IMG/VR virus record: IMGVR_UViG_3300046501_000233
Span: 44,081 to 108,080 of that record
Reading direction: 5' to 3' (one strand)
Origin: a virus
Length of the DNA stretch: 64,000 nucleotides
A program made the translations under genes and the position numbers. The notes under the pieces were generated by a model, which saw only the letters and a list, made by a program, of their open reading frames with translations, had not been told where the DNA came from and made no database searches. This document shows positions 45,234 to 55,278 of the stretch, piece by piece (position 1 is the stretch's first letter; every line of letters begins with the position of its first letter).

Positions 45234-45430
45234 TCAAGACCGGCGCCGGCTATCGGCTCCCCTTCATCACCACTTTGCTCGACCAGGCAGTGGTCAATCA
45301 CCGTCACACCAACCCGGACGGCAGCCAGTGGGTCGAGAAGCAGACGCAACAGATCCGCTATCCGGACATGTTGCGCTCCGCCATTCAGCCGGCCTGCAAC
45401 GATAACGAGCTAATCCATGAGCCTGTTTGA
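45221..45430 (+). CDS. Hypothetical protein
   Basis: AAGGA RBS; 'PACNDNE' near C-terminus. Confidence 0.55.
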   Translation: MRYLIKTGAGYRLPFITTLLDQAVVNHRHTNPDGSQWVEKQTQQIRYPDMLRSAIQPACNDNELIHEPV

Positions 45431-45842
45431 GCCTGACACCCGCCCGGCCACGGCATGGCCGAGCAACGGCATCTCGCACAATCGCTGGTTCACCGGGCTG
45501 CATCGCTTCATCCTGGCGCTCAACGCCTTCCATTGGCCGCGGGCCAGCGAGTTCAAATACGTGAACCTGCGCATTGACACCCGGAACGGTTCCTTCCTGG
45601 TGTTCGGCGAGCGCGACGAAAAGGGCGAGCGTCGGCGCGTCGATCCCGACGAGATCGCAAAGCACGTCGACATGGTCGCTGTCGATCGCAAACTGGCGAA
45701 GATGGTCTGCGGTCTCATGCAGGAAGATGTCCGCGACGCGATCAGCCTATCCATCAAGGAGCTGGAACACAATCGCGAGAACGACTTCGCCCCCGACGCG
45801 ACCACTATCCGAAGGCTGAAGGAGGCAATCAATGTCCGGTAG
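45417..45842 (+). CDS. Hypothetical protein
   Basis: Overlapping chain. Confidence 0.6.
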   Translation: MSLFEPDTRPATAWPSNGISHNRWFTGLHRFILALNAFHWPRASEFKYVNLRIDTRNGSFLVFGERDEKGERRRVDPDEIAKHVDMVAVDRKLAKMVCGLMQEDVRDAISLSIKELEHNRENDFAPDATTIRRLKEAINVR

Positions 45843-46023
45843 TAAGCGCGATTTCCTCGTGATCGAAAATTCCGGTCACGAGGGCGAACAGGAAGTGTCC
45901 AGGCACAAGGAATACGTGGACGCTGTCGCCTACTGCAAGAAGACCTACAGCACCTCGGAGATCGACAGCCTGCACGTCGTGATCTGCATCGAGCGTGACG
46001 GCCAGCGGTCCTACGAGATCTAG
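45832..46023 (+). CDS. Hypothetical protein
   Basis: AGGAGG RBS. Confidence 0.6.
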   Translation: MSGSKRDFLVIENSGHEGEQEVSRHKEYVDAVAYCKKTYSTSEIDSLHVVICIERDGQRSYEI

Positions 46024-46466
46024 GCGTGCTTGATGGCCGCCTCGATGCGGCGCTTCCGGGTCTCCCGGATTTTCTCCAGCATCTCTCCGTGAGTGAAGGT
46101 CGGTACGCCGGCCTTCTGCGCTGAGATCCTGATCGCCTGCTGGGCGAACTCCGACGTTACATCGAACCAGTCACCGAACAGACGGCGGCCTGCCTTGTCG
46201 AACAGGGCGGTTGCCTCGTTCGCCACACGGATCGCCAGCATGTCGCCGGCCGTCCATACGATCTCATGGATCTGCAGCTCCTTCGGATTGCCGAGCTGCA
46301 AGGCATTCATGCGGTCTTTGAGCTGACGTGCCCAACCTAGCCTAAGCGGCCGACCCCCGGAGGGACCGACCGCATAGACGCATGCGAACTGAAGTTCATC
46401 AAAAATCGCGCGTTCCGCTTTCGAAGAAAGCCAAGGCAACCCGCTCACAATCTCAGTTTTCTGCAT
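46020..46466 (-). CDS. GIY-YIG (T5orf172-like) domain protein
   Basis: 'VYAVG....P..LG.A.....R..ALQ.GNP.EL...L.G.WF' pattern; counter-oriented. Confidence 0.7.
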   Translation of the reverse strand: MQKTEIVSGLPWLSSKAERAIFDELQFACVYAVGPSGGRPLRLGWARQLKDRMNALQLGNPKELQIHEIVWTAGDMLAIRVANEATALFDKAGRRLFGDWFDVTSEFAQQAIRISAQKAGVPTFTHGEMLEKIRETRKRRIEAAIKHA

Positions 46467-46561
46467 GGTTAGAACGGGTTAGCACACCGCGAATGCAAAT
46501 GCAAATATCGCTTGCATTCGCGTTTGCATTTCCATAGACCGTGAAAACGAAAGGACAGCCC

Positions 46562-47026
46562 ATGCCCGACTTAACGACCCTGCCAGCCAGATCTCTCAGC
46601 ATTACTGGCCACGAGCTGCAGGCACTGCTCTGGACCCGCGAGCAGCTCCAGCTTGGAGAGATCATCTTTGATGCGAAGGCCTCCGGAAAGCAGGGGCGCG
46701 GCTTCAATATGTCCGTTTCTGACGAGGAAACGGAGTGCGGGACCACCTGCTGCATTGGCGGATGGATGTACAAGCACATGACCGATCAGCAGAACTGGGC
46801 GCCACGGACAAGCTCCGGCCACTGGGCAAGCCTCGGCGGTTACGTCGGCTTTCATCGAAGCCCCGCCCTTGCGGAGCTATTCCACCCCTTCACCACAGTG
46901 ACCGGCCCCGATGACACGACCGTCGACTGGGACGTCATCCCGCCGGTCTGGGCGATTCAGGCAATCGACAACTTCCTCGCCACTGGCAAGCCGAACTGGC
47001 CCCAGGTCTGCGGGCTCGTGCCTTGA
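46562..47026 (+). CDS. Hypothetical protein (FNM...CGTxxCIGGW family)
   Basis: AAGGA RBS; conserved phage motif. Confidence 0.7.
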   Translation: MPDLTTLPARSLSITGHELQALLWTREQLQLGEIIFDAKASGKQGRGFNMSVSDEETECGTTCCIGGWMYKHMTDQQNWAPRTSSGHWASLGGYVGFHRSPALAELFHPFTTVTGPDDTTVDWDVIPPVWAIQAIDNFLATGKPNWPQVCGLVP

Positions 47027-47124
47027 GGCTTGCAAGCATGCAAACGCCTTTCGAAACCATCGTGTGGCTCATCCGCGCCGCCCTCACGAATGGCTCATTT
47101 CAAGCGGTCGCAAAGGAGCAGCAA

Positions 47125-47847
47125 ATGAACGTACTTCCCAATGGCATGTCACCGCAGACCCATATGACTGTCGGTGACGCTGTGTTTCCGAAGTGGCCGG
47201 TCGGAAAAATCGACTTCAACCAGCCCTTCAACGTCAAGGATACGCAGTTCGGCAACGACATCTCGCTCGGCCTCGGCGAGGTGATCAGCTTCCTCGACGG
47301 TGCAAGCTATCCGGTGGTCGTGAAGTTCACGACCGAAGGCGGCCAGCGTGTCGCCATGTTCGACACGGACGGCGAGGACGAGGACGGCAACTACGAAGTC
47401 GAGCAGGTCCGCGTCGCCCCGTACCAGGGCTTCATCGTGGTGATCCAGGACGCAGACGGCGACCTCGAAGTCCTGCCCAAGGTCTACCTCTCCCGCGACG
47501 CTGTGACCGGCGATGACGACATCATCCCGGACGACATCATCCTGGTGCAGGAGATCACCGTGCCAGCGAAGAGCGATGGCCCGGTCTCCGATCCCGTCGT
47601 CGCTGAAGTCGAAGAGGAAGAAGATGGTCAGGCCGAGGCCGGCGCTGCCGCTGCTCTGGGCGAAAGCGCCTGGATCAACGGCTTCAACCGCCGCGTCGGC
47701 GAGACCGTGACGGCGTGGCGTTCGGGCTTTGGCTCCCGCCCTGTCGAGATCCTGCGCTTCCGCTCGCACTCCTTCAAGAAAGCGTTCGTTGATCCGAAGG
47801 ACGGCAACAAGCCGTACTGGGCCTACGACCGCAACATCAGCAGCTAA
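47125..47847 (+). CDS. Acidic hypothetical protein
   Basis: AAGGAG RBS, strong codon bias, followed by a terminator. Confidence 0.7.
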   Translation: MNVLPNGMSPQTHMTVGDAVFPKWPVGKIDFNQPFNVKDTQFGNDISLGLGEVISFLDGASYPVVVKFTTEGGQRVAMFDTDGEDEDGNYEVEQVRVAPYQGFIVVIQDADGDLEVLPKVYLSRDAVTGDDDIIPDDIILVQEITVPAKSDGPVSDPVVAEVEEEEDGQAEAGAAAALGESAWINGFNRRVGETVTAWRSGFGSRPVEILRFRSHSFKKAFVDPKDGNKPYWAYDRNISS

Positions 47848-47855
47848 CGTCAACC

Positions 47856-47889
47856 GGCCCGCTCCTTCATTGGGGCGGGCCACTTTCTT
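47856..47889 (+). terminator. Rho-independent terminator
   Basis: GGCCCGCTCC/GGGGCGGGCC followed by ACTTTCTT. Confidence 0.65.
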
Positions 47890-47898
47890 GAGGGCATC

Positions 47899-48276
47899 AT
47901 GAGAACGCCGGTCCGCATCGTTTCCGAAGTTGAGTTCGATCAGCGCATTCGCCAGATCCTAAACGATACGGATCTTAGCCACGTCCGGTGCGTGACTGGA
48001 CCCGGCCGGTCAGGCGCGATCGCCTCCGTGTATGCCTCGCACATTCTGCGCATTCCCTTCATCCCATACGGTGCCACCTGCCCGCCCGGATGGAATGTGC
48101 TGGTCATCGACACCGCCCGCGAGAGTGGCCGCACACTGCGCAAGGCTGAGCGTCGCTATGACTACGCCAACCCGACTGTTCTGGTCTGCTTCGAAGAGCC
48201 GCCGCGCGTGGCGTTCTGGTACGAGGCGCCGAAGCCGCAGCGATATCGGCACGAGCCGGCGCTGATCGCAGCATGA
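47899..48276 (+). CDS. Type I phosphoribosyltransferase-like protein
   Basis: 'GPGRSGAIA' and PRPP-loop-like 'VLVIDTARESGRTL'. Confidence 0.65.
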   Translation: MRTPVRIVSEVEFDQRIRQILNDTDLSHVRCVTGPGRSGAIASVYASHILRIPFIPYGATCPPGWNVLVIDTARESGRTLRKAERRYDYANPTVLVCFEEPPRVAFWYEAPKPQRYRHEPALIAA

Positions 48277-48352
48277 GACATCAGCACATGCGACGAAATC
48301 GTCGCACACCTCACCCCTTCGAGGCGTTCCGTCGTCTCCTGGAGACGAAAAC

Positions 48353-49156
48353 ATGGAAGCGACATCCCGAACCATTCTCGAAGACAAGGGCCGGCAAGAT
48401 GCGGCGGGACGAACGGTGGTTCGTGATGCGGTCGAAGCACTGCGTGGTGCCAATGGCAGACGCAACCCGCTGACGAATAACTTCGACAGGCCATGGACTC
48501 CAGAAGAGTTGGCGATCTTAGAGGCGAATGCGAGCCTCTCGATCGACGAGTTGCTGTCGCTCCTCCCCGGCCGCAGCATCAAAGCGATCCGGGTGAAGCG
48601 GTCGAAGGTCTCATTCAGAAGCCCGCCATGGACTGGCGACGAGCTTGCGACCCTGCGCAAAAACAGAAAGCTGACCACAAAGCAGCTGACGGCAGTGCTG
48701 CCAGGCCGGAGCGCGAAGTCTATCAACAACAAGCGCGAACGAATGGGCCTTCAACTCAACCAGTGGACCGGCGAAGAGCTGATGTCACTTCGTCGCCTGG
48801 CACCGCTGCATTTTCCGCAGACGGTCGCCAACGAGATAGGCAGGACGGTGACGATGGTCAAGGCGATGGCTGAGACGCTCGGCATCAAGTTCCGTCCGAA
48901 CAAGCCACTACGACGGACTGGCAACGAAGTCCTGGACGCCATCATCCAGCGATGCGTCGAGGACGACATCTCGCTTCGTGCTCTCGATCGAGAGGCTGGT
49001 ACGAAGACCTACTTCGCCTTGGATATTTTCAACAAGCGGCGTCAAGCCATGAACCCCAACCTCGTCAACGTCGCCAAGGCTGTGACCTTCTTCGGAGGGC
49101 GCGGCCTCCTGTTCGGCAAAGACGGCAAGATCACCATCGACTGGAACGACGAATGA
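48353..49156 (+). CDS. Myb/SANT-like repeat DNA-binding protein
   Basis: Three repeats 'WT.EEL..L...L...LPGRS.K.I..KR' plus C-terminal HTH-like region. Confidence 0.7.
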   Translation: MEATSRTILEDKGRQDAAGRTVVRDAVEALRGANGRRNPLTNNFDRPWTPEELAILEANASLSIDELLSLLPGRSIKAIRVKRSKVSFRSPPWTGDELATLRKNRKLTTKQLTAVLPGRSAKSINNKRERMGLQLNQWTGEELMSLRRLAPLHFPQTVANEIGRTVTMVKAMAETLGIKFRPNKPLRRTGNEVLDAIIQRCVEDDISLRALDREAGTKTYFALDIFNKRRQAMNPNLVNVAKAVTFFGGRGLLFGKDGKITIDWNDE

Positions 49157-49545
49157 CCACCAGCCACTACCGCACTTCGCAATATCAGAAGCTGCGTAAG
49201 CGCCGCGCCATTGAGGCACCATCACACATCGAGGCCGAGAACGATCGCATCACCGATCAGATCGCCATCACCGAATTGAGGGAAAGCCTCGACTCCGGTG
49301 GCGGGCGCGGCTTTCGCCTTTAACGCCAACGCGACAACCGAGGAGGTGCATCACACCACATCTAAATTGGGGAACTAACAATAGACGGGACTAGATCTTG
49401 AAGAGCGACATTCAAGTAGACGGGGAAAAAGTCCGGCAAAAAGCCGGCAGCGTAGGCGTATGCGTAACGAGTACAGGGACTACCAATGATCATAAGAGTC
49501 ATCGGCGGATGGGTCTTTACCCTCCGCTTCTACAATGCGCGCGAC

Positions 49546-49575
49546 AGACCACGAAAAAATCGGTGGTCTTTTTTT
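49546..49575 (+). terminator. Rho-independent terminator
   Basis: AGACCAC...GTGGTCT followed by TTTTTT. Confidence 0.8.
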
Positions 49576-49745
49576 ATGCCCGCATGTTTGCACTTGCTTT
49601 CCTCGCAAAGCAAATGCAAATAGGCAGCAGTGATCATCTGGCGCGGTCGTCGGCATAGCAGCTGCGATCGCGCCTTCCATCGGGAGAGCTGCGCCTTGGG
49701 GCGCGTTCAAATGCAAATGATGTTGAAGTGCAAATGGAGAGATAG

Positions 49746-51236
49746 ATGTCCTTCTACCTGGTGAAGCTGGTTCCGGATCCAAACAATCCCGGCCAGATGA
49801 TGGACGAGCCTATTCCTGGCGCCGGCCCTTACGACACTGGCCCCCAGGCCGCTGCTGCAGCCAAGGCTGCGCAGACCAACTATTCCGAGAAGGTGCAGCC
49901 GCGCCGTATGCGTCAGGCAGGCGACTGGCGCCCTCGCATGAAAGAAGCCCAGCTGGCGTGTCCGCCGCTTCCCAAGGAATGGGATCTCCCGGACGTTACA
50001 GATCACTTCGCGCACCTTGATCCGGTCAGCCGATGCAATATCCGTTTCGTCGAGAACGACGAACTGGGTGTGATCGGTCGCTTCACGCTGCTGTCGCCGG
50101 GTCGCTACATCAGCCGCTATTTCCCGGAAGTTGACGATGATCACCGTCGCCGCCTGATTGCCGCGGTCGATCCGAGCGGCGAGATCCACTTCGCAATCAC
50201 GCCAGAAGAAATCGCCGAGATCTACAAGTGGGGTCCAGGCTCGTGCATGGACGCCGCCAAGGGTCGCGACGTCACATGGGCCAAGTTTTCTATGTGGCCG
50301 CCGGCAGTCTACGGCGCGGGCGACTTTGCTGTTGCCTACACCCGCAATGAGCGCGGATCGGTTCAGTCCCGTGCACTCTGCTGGCCCGAGCGAAAGGTGT
50401 TCGGCCGTTGCTACGGCGACGTGCAGCGCATGGAAAAGGCCATGGCGGCCGAAGGCTTCAAGGACATTCGCCAGTACGGCAACGGCAGCTATGCCGGCGC
50501 CCGCCTGCTGAAGGTCAAGGGCGCCGACGAGCACTACTATCTGATGCCGTATTTCGATGACTTCAACATGGTCTTCGACATGGGTGATCACTTTGTGGTT
50601 GCCGGCGACGAGAAAGAGGACGGCAAGATCCTAAGCAAGGGGACTGCCGAAGGGCAGTGCTTCCTGCAGAAGAAATGCCCGAAGGAGCGGAATCTGCAGC
50701 CCGCTCACCGTTTCGTTCCGGTCCAGCCCTCTGGCGAAGAATGGTCGATCAGTGCTGCCAAGTATCACGCTCGGCAGTGTTCAGCCACGAACGAATGGTG
50801 GGATCGCCACAAGGTCATCACCCTTATCGGCGGTGAGTATTGGTCTCCTATCCACTTCGCAGAGCATGGAGCGCACTGCGATTGGACCAAGCAGCCGTGC
50901 AAGAAGGTCGACCTCGTCGAGCTTTCTGACGGTCGCAAGGTTCACAAGGACTCGGTCGTTGCCGCAACGGCGCCGGCCATGAAAGTCAAGCAGGGCGTCG
51001 ACTGGGGCGGTCGTGACTACACCGACTACCGGGCAATGTTCCAGAACGATTGGTCGATTTCGGGCGTCATGGACGACGTCGACCTCAGGACCACCCCCGA
51101 AATGATGCGGATCGTAGAGCAGGCGCTCAGCCGGCAGCTGAGCCGTGTCGTCTTGAACGGCGACGTGCTGGCCGAGACCCGCAACTTCCACATCGCGAAT
51201 GACGATAACGACAACGAGGTTACCAATGCTGCCTGA
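49746..51236 (+). CDS. Large hypothetical protein (GPxSCM motif, Cys-rich C-half)
   Basis: GGAG RBS, 496 aa, coupled to peptidase gene. Confidence 0.75.
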   Translation: MSFYLVKLVPDPNNPGQMMDEPIPGAGPYDTGPQAAAAAKAAQTNYSEKVQPRRMRQAGDWRPRMKEAQLACPPLPKEWDLPDVTDHFAHLDPVSRCNIRFVENDELGVIGRFTLLSPGRYISRYFPEVDDDHRRRLIAAVDPSGEIHFAITPEEIAEIYKWGPGSCMDAAKGRDVTWAKFSMWPPAVYGAGDFAVAYTRNERGSVQSRALCWPERKVFGRCYGDVQRMEKAMAAEGFKDIRQYGNGSYAGARLLKVKGADEHYYLMPYFDDFNMVFDMGDHFVVAGDEKEDGKILSKGTAEGQCFLQKKCPKERNLQPAHRFVPVQPSGEEWSISAAKYHARQCSATNEWWDRHKVITLIGGEYWSPIHFAEHGAHCDWTKQPCKKVDLVELSDGRKVHKDSVVAATAPAMKVKQGVDWGGRDYTDYRAMFQNDWSISGVMDDVDLRTTPEMMRIVEQALSRQLSRVVLNGDVLAETRNFHIANDDNDNEVTNAA

Positions 51237-52188
51237 CGAAAAGTACATGGACGACGTCGACGCGATCGCCTCGATGCTCACCTACTGCCGACCGGCTGGA
51301 AGTAAGACCGAGCGGGAGTTCATCCGCCGGTTCATCCAGCCGACCGGAGCCAAGCCGGACCAGAACAGCAACTGGCTACTGACGATCGGCGACAACCCGA
51401 ACGTGCTGTGGTCCAGCCACACCGACACGGTTCACAGCCGTCAGGGCCGGCAGCAGGTCGACATCGTCGAGAACAAGATGATCCGCCTGCCACGGCAGTC
51501 CAAGTCGAGCTGCCTCGGCGCGGACTGCACGGCTGGCGTCTGGATCATGCTTGAGATGATCAAGCACCAGGTGCCCGGCCTGTATGTCTTCCATGCTGCG
51601 GAAGAGATCGGCATGGTCGGCTCGAAGGCGTTGCTGAGGGATACGCCGGAAGTCCTCAACGGCATCCGGTTCGCGATTGCATTCGATCGACGCGGTAACG
51701 ACTCGGTCATCACACACCAATCCGGTGTCCGTGGATGCTCGAATGCCTTCGCCGACTCGATCGCAAAGCAGCTTCCGACTGGCTATTCCTGCGATCCGAC
51801 CGGATCGTACACCGACACCCGCGTCTATTTCGACAAGGTGGATGAGTGCACCAACATCGGCGTCGGCTATCAGGGAGCGCATAGCCCCCACGAGCGGCAG
51901 GATATCGAGCATCTGGTTCGGCTTCGCGATCACATGATCAAGATCGACGTAAGCAAGCTCGTTGCCGAACGCGACGCCGCTACTGCGATGGCCGAATGGA
52001 TCGCAGCACAGCGCCGCCGCGGCAAGGTTCGCTACATCCGCGAGAATGCCGAGCCCTTCCTCGACCTGATCGAAAGCCTCGGCGTCAACTTCTCAGATCT
52101 GGAGGCCGCAATCGAAGCGCGCCGCCGCCCCGTCACCACCATCGCAGATCTCTTCGACGCTGAAGAGTCCGCGCTCAGCGCAGCCTGA
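51226..52188 (+). CDS. M28/M20-family Zn metallopeptidase
   Basis: HxD (SHTDTVH), GADD-like (LGADCTAG), EE (AEEIG), FDRRG and C-terminal H (GAHS). Confidence 0.88.
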   Translation: MLPDEKYMDDVDAIASMLTYCRPAGSKTEREFIRRFIQPTGAKPDQNSNWLLTIGDNPNVLWSSHTDTVHSRQGRQQVDIVENKMIRLPRQSKSSCLGADCTAGVWIMLEMIKHQVPGLYVFHAAEEIGMVGSKALLRDTPEVLNGIRFAIAFDRRGNDSVITHQSGVRGCSNAFADSIAKQLPTGYSCDPTGSYTDTRVYFDKVDECTNIGVGYQGAHSPHERQDIEHLVRLRDHMIKIDVSKLVAERDAATAMAEWIAAQRRRGKVRYIRENAEPFLDLIESLGVNFSDLEAAIEARRRPVTTIADLFDAEESALSAA

Positions 52189-52199
52189 AAGGACAGAAC

Positions 52200-54356
52200 A
52201 TGAAGATCCATATGAAGGAACACTCGAACGTGACCGTTGGCGCCAAGAAGCGCATCAAGGTCGCATTCGAGACCAACTCCGTCGCATTCTTCGCAACCTT
52301 CTCCGGTCTCGCCAGCGACAAGATCGGCTACCCGGTCCGTGAGCTGTCGACCAATGCATGGGATGCATCCCGTGGCAACTTCGAGGTTCATCTGCCGACC
52401 TCGCTGAGCCCGATTTTCCGCATTCGCGACTACGGCACCGGCATGTCGGAAGACGCGATGGAGAACATCTACGCCCGGCCATTCTCGTCCACCAAGCGCG
52501 ACGATGACAACTCGGTCGGCGGCTGGGGCCTCGGCTCCAAGAGCCCGTACGCCTACCTCATCAACGACGAGGGGGCCGGCTCTTACAATGTGACCTCGTA
52601 CCACGATGGCATGATGCGCTCTTACGAGCTGTCGATCGGCAGCGACGGCATGCCGAACATGGACGAGATCTATTCGGGTCCATCAGATGCGCCGTCAGGC
52701 ATGGAAGTCTCCTTCCCGGTCAAGCGCGAGGATATCCACCTGTTCGTGGATCGGGTCCGCTCGATCCTGTGGTCATTCACTCCTCGCCCTCAGGTCTTCC
52801 CCGCCATCAAGTGGGCCGAGCCTGCGGTCGTGAAGTCCGGTGAGAACTGGATCGAATACGACGGCAACGCCCCGTTCGACGGCCCGCATGTCCGCATGGG
52901 CTGCGTGATGTATCCGATCGACCTGAGCAAGATCCAGACTGCCAACTTCCTGAACGAGAGCGACAACGTCCTGTTCGATGCGCAGATCGGCTCGCTGAAG
53001 CCGACCCTGTCTCGCGAAGAGCTGGCCTACGACGAGCGCACCCGGCAGACGCTGCAGGGCCTGATCCACAATTACGAGCACAGCGTCATCTCGCAGCTCC
53101 AGGAGGTCGTCAACGGCGCAGAGACCTACTTCGGTGCGTCCCGTGATTTCGAGGCTGCGGCCAAGTCATACGGGAGCCGCATCGACAGCCTGCGCCGCCA
53201 GGTGAATTGGGAAGGTCGTCCACTCCTCCAGATGATCGGCACCGATGCCGAGAAGCACCTCTACAAGACGATGATCCTTCGCGAGGGCTGGTCCCATCTG
53301 GAGAAGTTCGAGATGACGTCGACATCGGCGTCTTACAACGCTGATGCCCTGGTGGTGATGGAACACAATCCGCACTACTCGATCGCACGGCTTCAGCAGG
53401 CCGGCCTCGTCGGCAAGAAGCTGCTCTGGATCCGCTGTAAGAAGCACAATCGCGAGCAGGTTCTTCACTACCTCGGAGACCCTGAGGTCATTACGCTTGA
53501 TGACTACAAGGTCTCGGTCGAGCGGATCGCTATGTCGAAGACGATCCGCAAACGCCGCGTACTCAATGCCGACCAGAATAATGTTCACCGCGAGGTCGCA
53601 AGCGTCGATCTGGCGGCTGGCGGTTATTACGTCAAACTGACCAGCTCGACGTATGGCCGTCGTCGTCGCTCGGAAGAGTACGCCATTTCCGATGATCTGC
53701 ACTATGTGAACGGGTCGAACCTTGATACCGCGATCACAACTGCGATCCAGCTCGGCGTTCTTGATCCGGGCCAGATCGTCGTTCAGCGCGGCAAGGATAC
53801 GCCGCTTCCAGCAAACTGGGAGCTGCTCGGCGACGATCTGATCGACGGCCTCAACACCAAGGTCGACACGTCGGAAATGACCGGCCTTCGCAAGAAGACG
53901 ATCACCCACGTTTCGAGCAAGGTGCGCACCTTCTGCGATCACCTCACCGTCGCCAACGCTCCTCTGAGCGTTCAGACGTTGCACGCTGATGCGAAGGCGC
54001 TCTGCGACACGCTCCGCGGCAACGGCCACAGCGAAACCGATAGCGACAAGGCAGTCTACGCCCTGACGCGCATCGGCAAGGCTCCTGAACTTCCCCAGGA
54101 GGTGGCCGACCCGATCGCAGACCTGGAGAAGCGTTTCGAACAGCTGACCGACACGACCCTCCCGCTGCTGTCGATCATCTTGAAGAACGCAGGTGGCTAC
54201 TACGGCTACACCGAGCCGCAGAAGCATCTCGACCACTACTTCGACCTACTGGCACGCAGCGGCCACATCGAGCCCGCCGCCCTGCCCGTTCCAGCCAACG
54301 ACGACATCGAGCTTGCCGAGGACACTATGCCGGTCCTCGAAGAGCTTGCTGCCTAA
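52200..54356 (+). CDS. rIIA: RIIA-like protein with GHKL ATPase domain
   Basis: 'VRELSTNAWDA', 'IRDYGTGMS', 'STKR....VGGWGLGSKSPYAY', 'SREELAYD'. Confidence 0.85.
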   Translation: MKIHMKEHSNVTVGAKKRIKVAFETNSVAFFATFSGLASDKIGYPVRELSTNAWDASRGNFEVHLPTSLSPIFRIRDYGTGMSEDAMENIYARPFSSTKRDDDNSVGGWGLGSKSPYAYLINDEGAGSYNVTSYHDGMMRSYELSIGSDGMPNMDEIYSGPSDAPSGMEVSFPVKREDIHLFVDRVRSILWSFTPRPQVFPAIKWAEPAVVKSGENWIEYDGNAPFDGPHVRMGCVMYPIDLSKIQTANFLNESDNVLFDAQIGSLKPTLSREELAYDERTRQTLQGLIHNYEHSVISQLQEVVNGAETYFGASRDFEAAAKSYGSRIDSLRRQVNWEGRPLLQMIGTDAEKHLYKTMILREGWSHLEKFEMTSTSASYNADALVVMEHNPHYSIARLQQAGLVGKKLLWIRCKKHNREQVLHYLGDPEVITLDDYKVSVERIAMSKTIRKRRVLNADQNNVHREVASVDLAAGGYYVKLTSSTYGRRRRSEEYAISDDLHYVNGSNLDTAITTAIQLGVLDPGQIVVQRGKDTPLPANWELLGDDLIDGLNTKVDTSEMTGLRKKTITHVSSKVRTFCDHLTVANAPLSVQTLHADAKALCDTLRGNGHSETDSDKAVYALTRIGKAPELPQEVADPIADLEKRFEQLTDTTLPLLSIILKNAGGYYGYTEPQKHLDHYFDLLARSGHIEPAALPVPANDDIELAEDTMPVLEELAA

Positions 54357-54374
54357 CGCAGAAAGGAGAGCGTC

Positions 54375-54839
54375 ATGATCGCCAGCGTCATCAGCGATAC
54401 GTCGATCACATTCATCGCGAGGGGTCGCCCTTGGCAACTCGCATCGGATCATCCGTCGTTTCATCGGGTGAAGGCCATGTTGGCCTCTGAGAGCACTACC
54501 GAAGATGAAGTGATCTACCTGGCTGACGTCCGCGTGGCCATCAACGAAGCGACCGAAGGTAAGGCCGTCCTCAGTGAGGACGGTCTCTTCCTCGACGGCG
54601 AGAAATTGTCTCACGCCTGGGAAGAGATGGCGGTCGCAACACCCGAGCATATCCACGTCCTGATCGTCTCACCCGGCGATCAGGTTCGTGTCGAGGGCGA
54701 CGAGGATGCGCCGGACGGCGTCTACACGGTCGGCGACACCGACAACAGCGACACCCAGAAGCGGGTCTATGTCGAGAGCGAAGACGACTACTTCGGTTTC
54801 GTTTCCAATTCATCGATCAAGGAGATCATCCGTGGCTGA
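54375..54839 (+). CDS. RIIB N-terminal-like protein (short)
   Basis: 'SITF...DHPSF..V' resembles rIIB N-termini; follows rIIA; only 154 aa. Confidence 0.5.
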   Translation: MIASVISDTSITFIARGRPWQLASDHPSFHRVKAMLASESTTEDEVIYLADVRVAINEATEGKAVLSEDGLFLDGEKLSHAWEEMAVATPEHIHVLIVSPGDQVRVEGDEDAPDGVYTVGDTDNSDTQKRVYVESEDDYFGFVSNSSIKEIIRG

Positions 54840-55251
54840 TCACTTCACCCACTTCTGCGCGACCTTCGATATCGGCCAGGACAATATCTCGGCCGCCATC
54901 GAGATCGCAGCGACAATGCGCGACGACCCGGAGATGTTCGGTCTCGACTACTTCGGCCTCACCGTACACGAGGCTGATGGCGCACTGATCATTGACGACA
55001 ACGGCACGTCAGACACCGACGCCGCAATCCGGTTCGTGTGCCACTGCGCGAAGCGGTTCGGTCTGACCGGCTTCTGGGCAATGGAATACTGCAACTCATC
55101 AACGAAATCACGACCCGACGCTTACGGCGGCGGCGTCATCGCCATCAAGCTCGACGATCAGTCGATCCGATCAATGGATACCCGGCCGATATTCAATGCC
55201 TGGATGCAGGGGAAAGAGGAGTCAGTCTGCAACTCATGGTCACCACAGTAA
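54832..55251 (+). CDS. Hypothetical protein
   Basis: 'ADHFTHF...SKSRPDAYGGG' pattern; AGGAG RBS. Confidence 0.65.
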   Translation: MADHFTHFCATFDIGQDNISAAIEIAATMRDDPEMFGLDYFGLTVHEADGALIIDDNGTSDTDAAIRFVCHCAKRFGLTGFWAMEYCNSSTKSRPDAYGGGVIAIKLDDQSIRSMDTRPIFNAWMQGKEESVCNSWSPQ

Positions 55252-55278
55252 CAACCGCAACAAGGACGAGATAAGATT

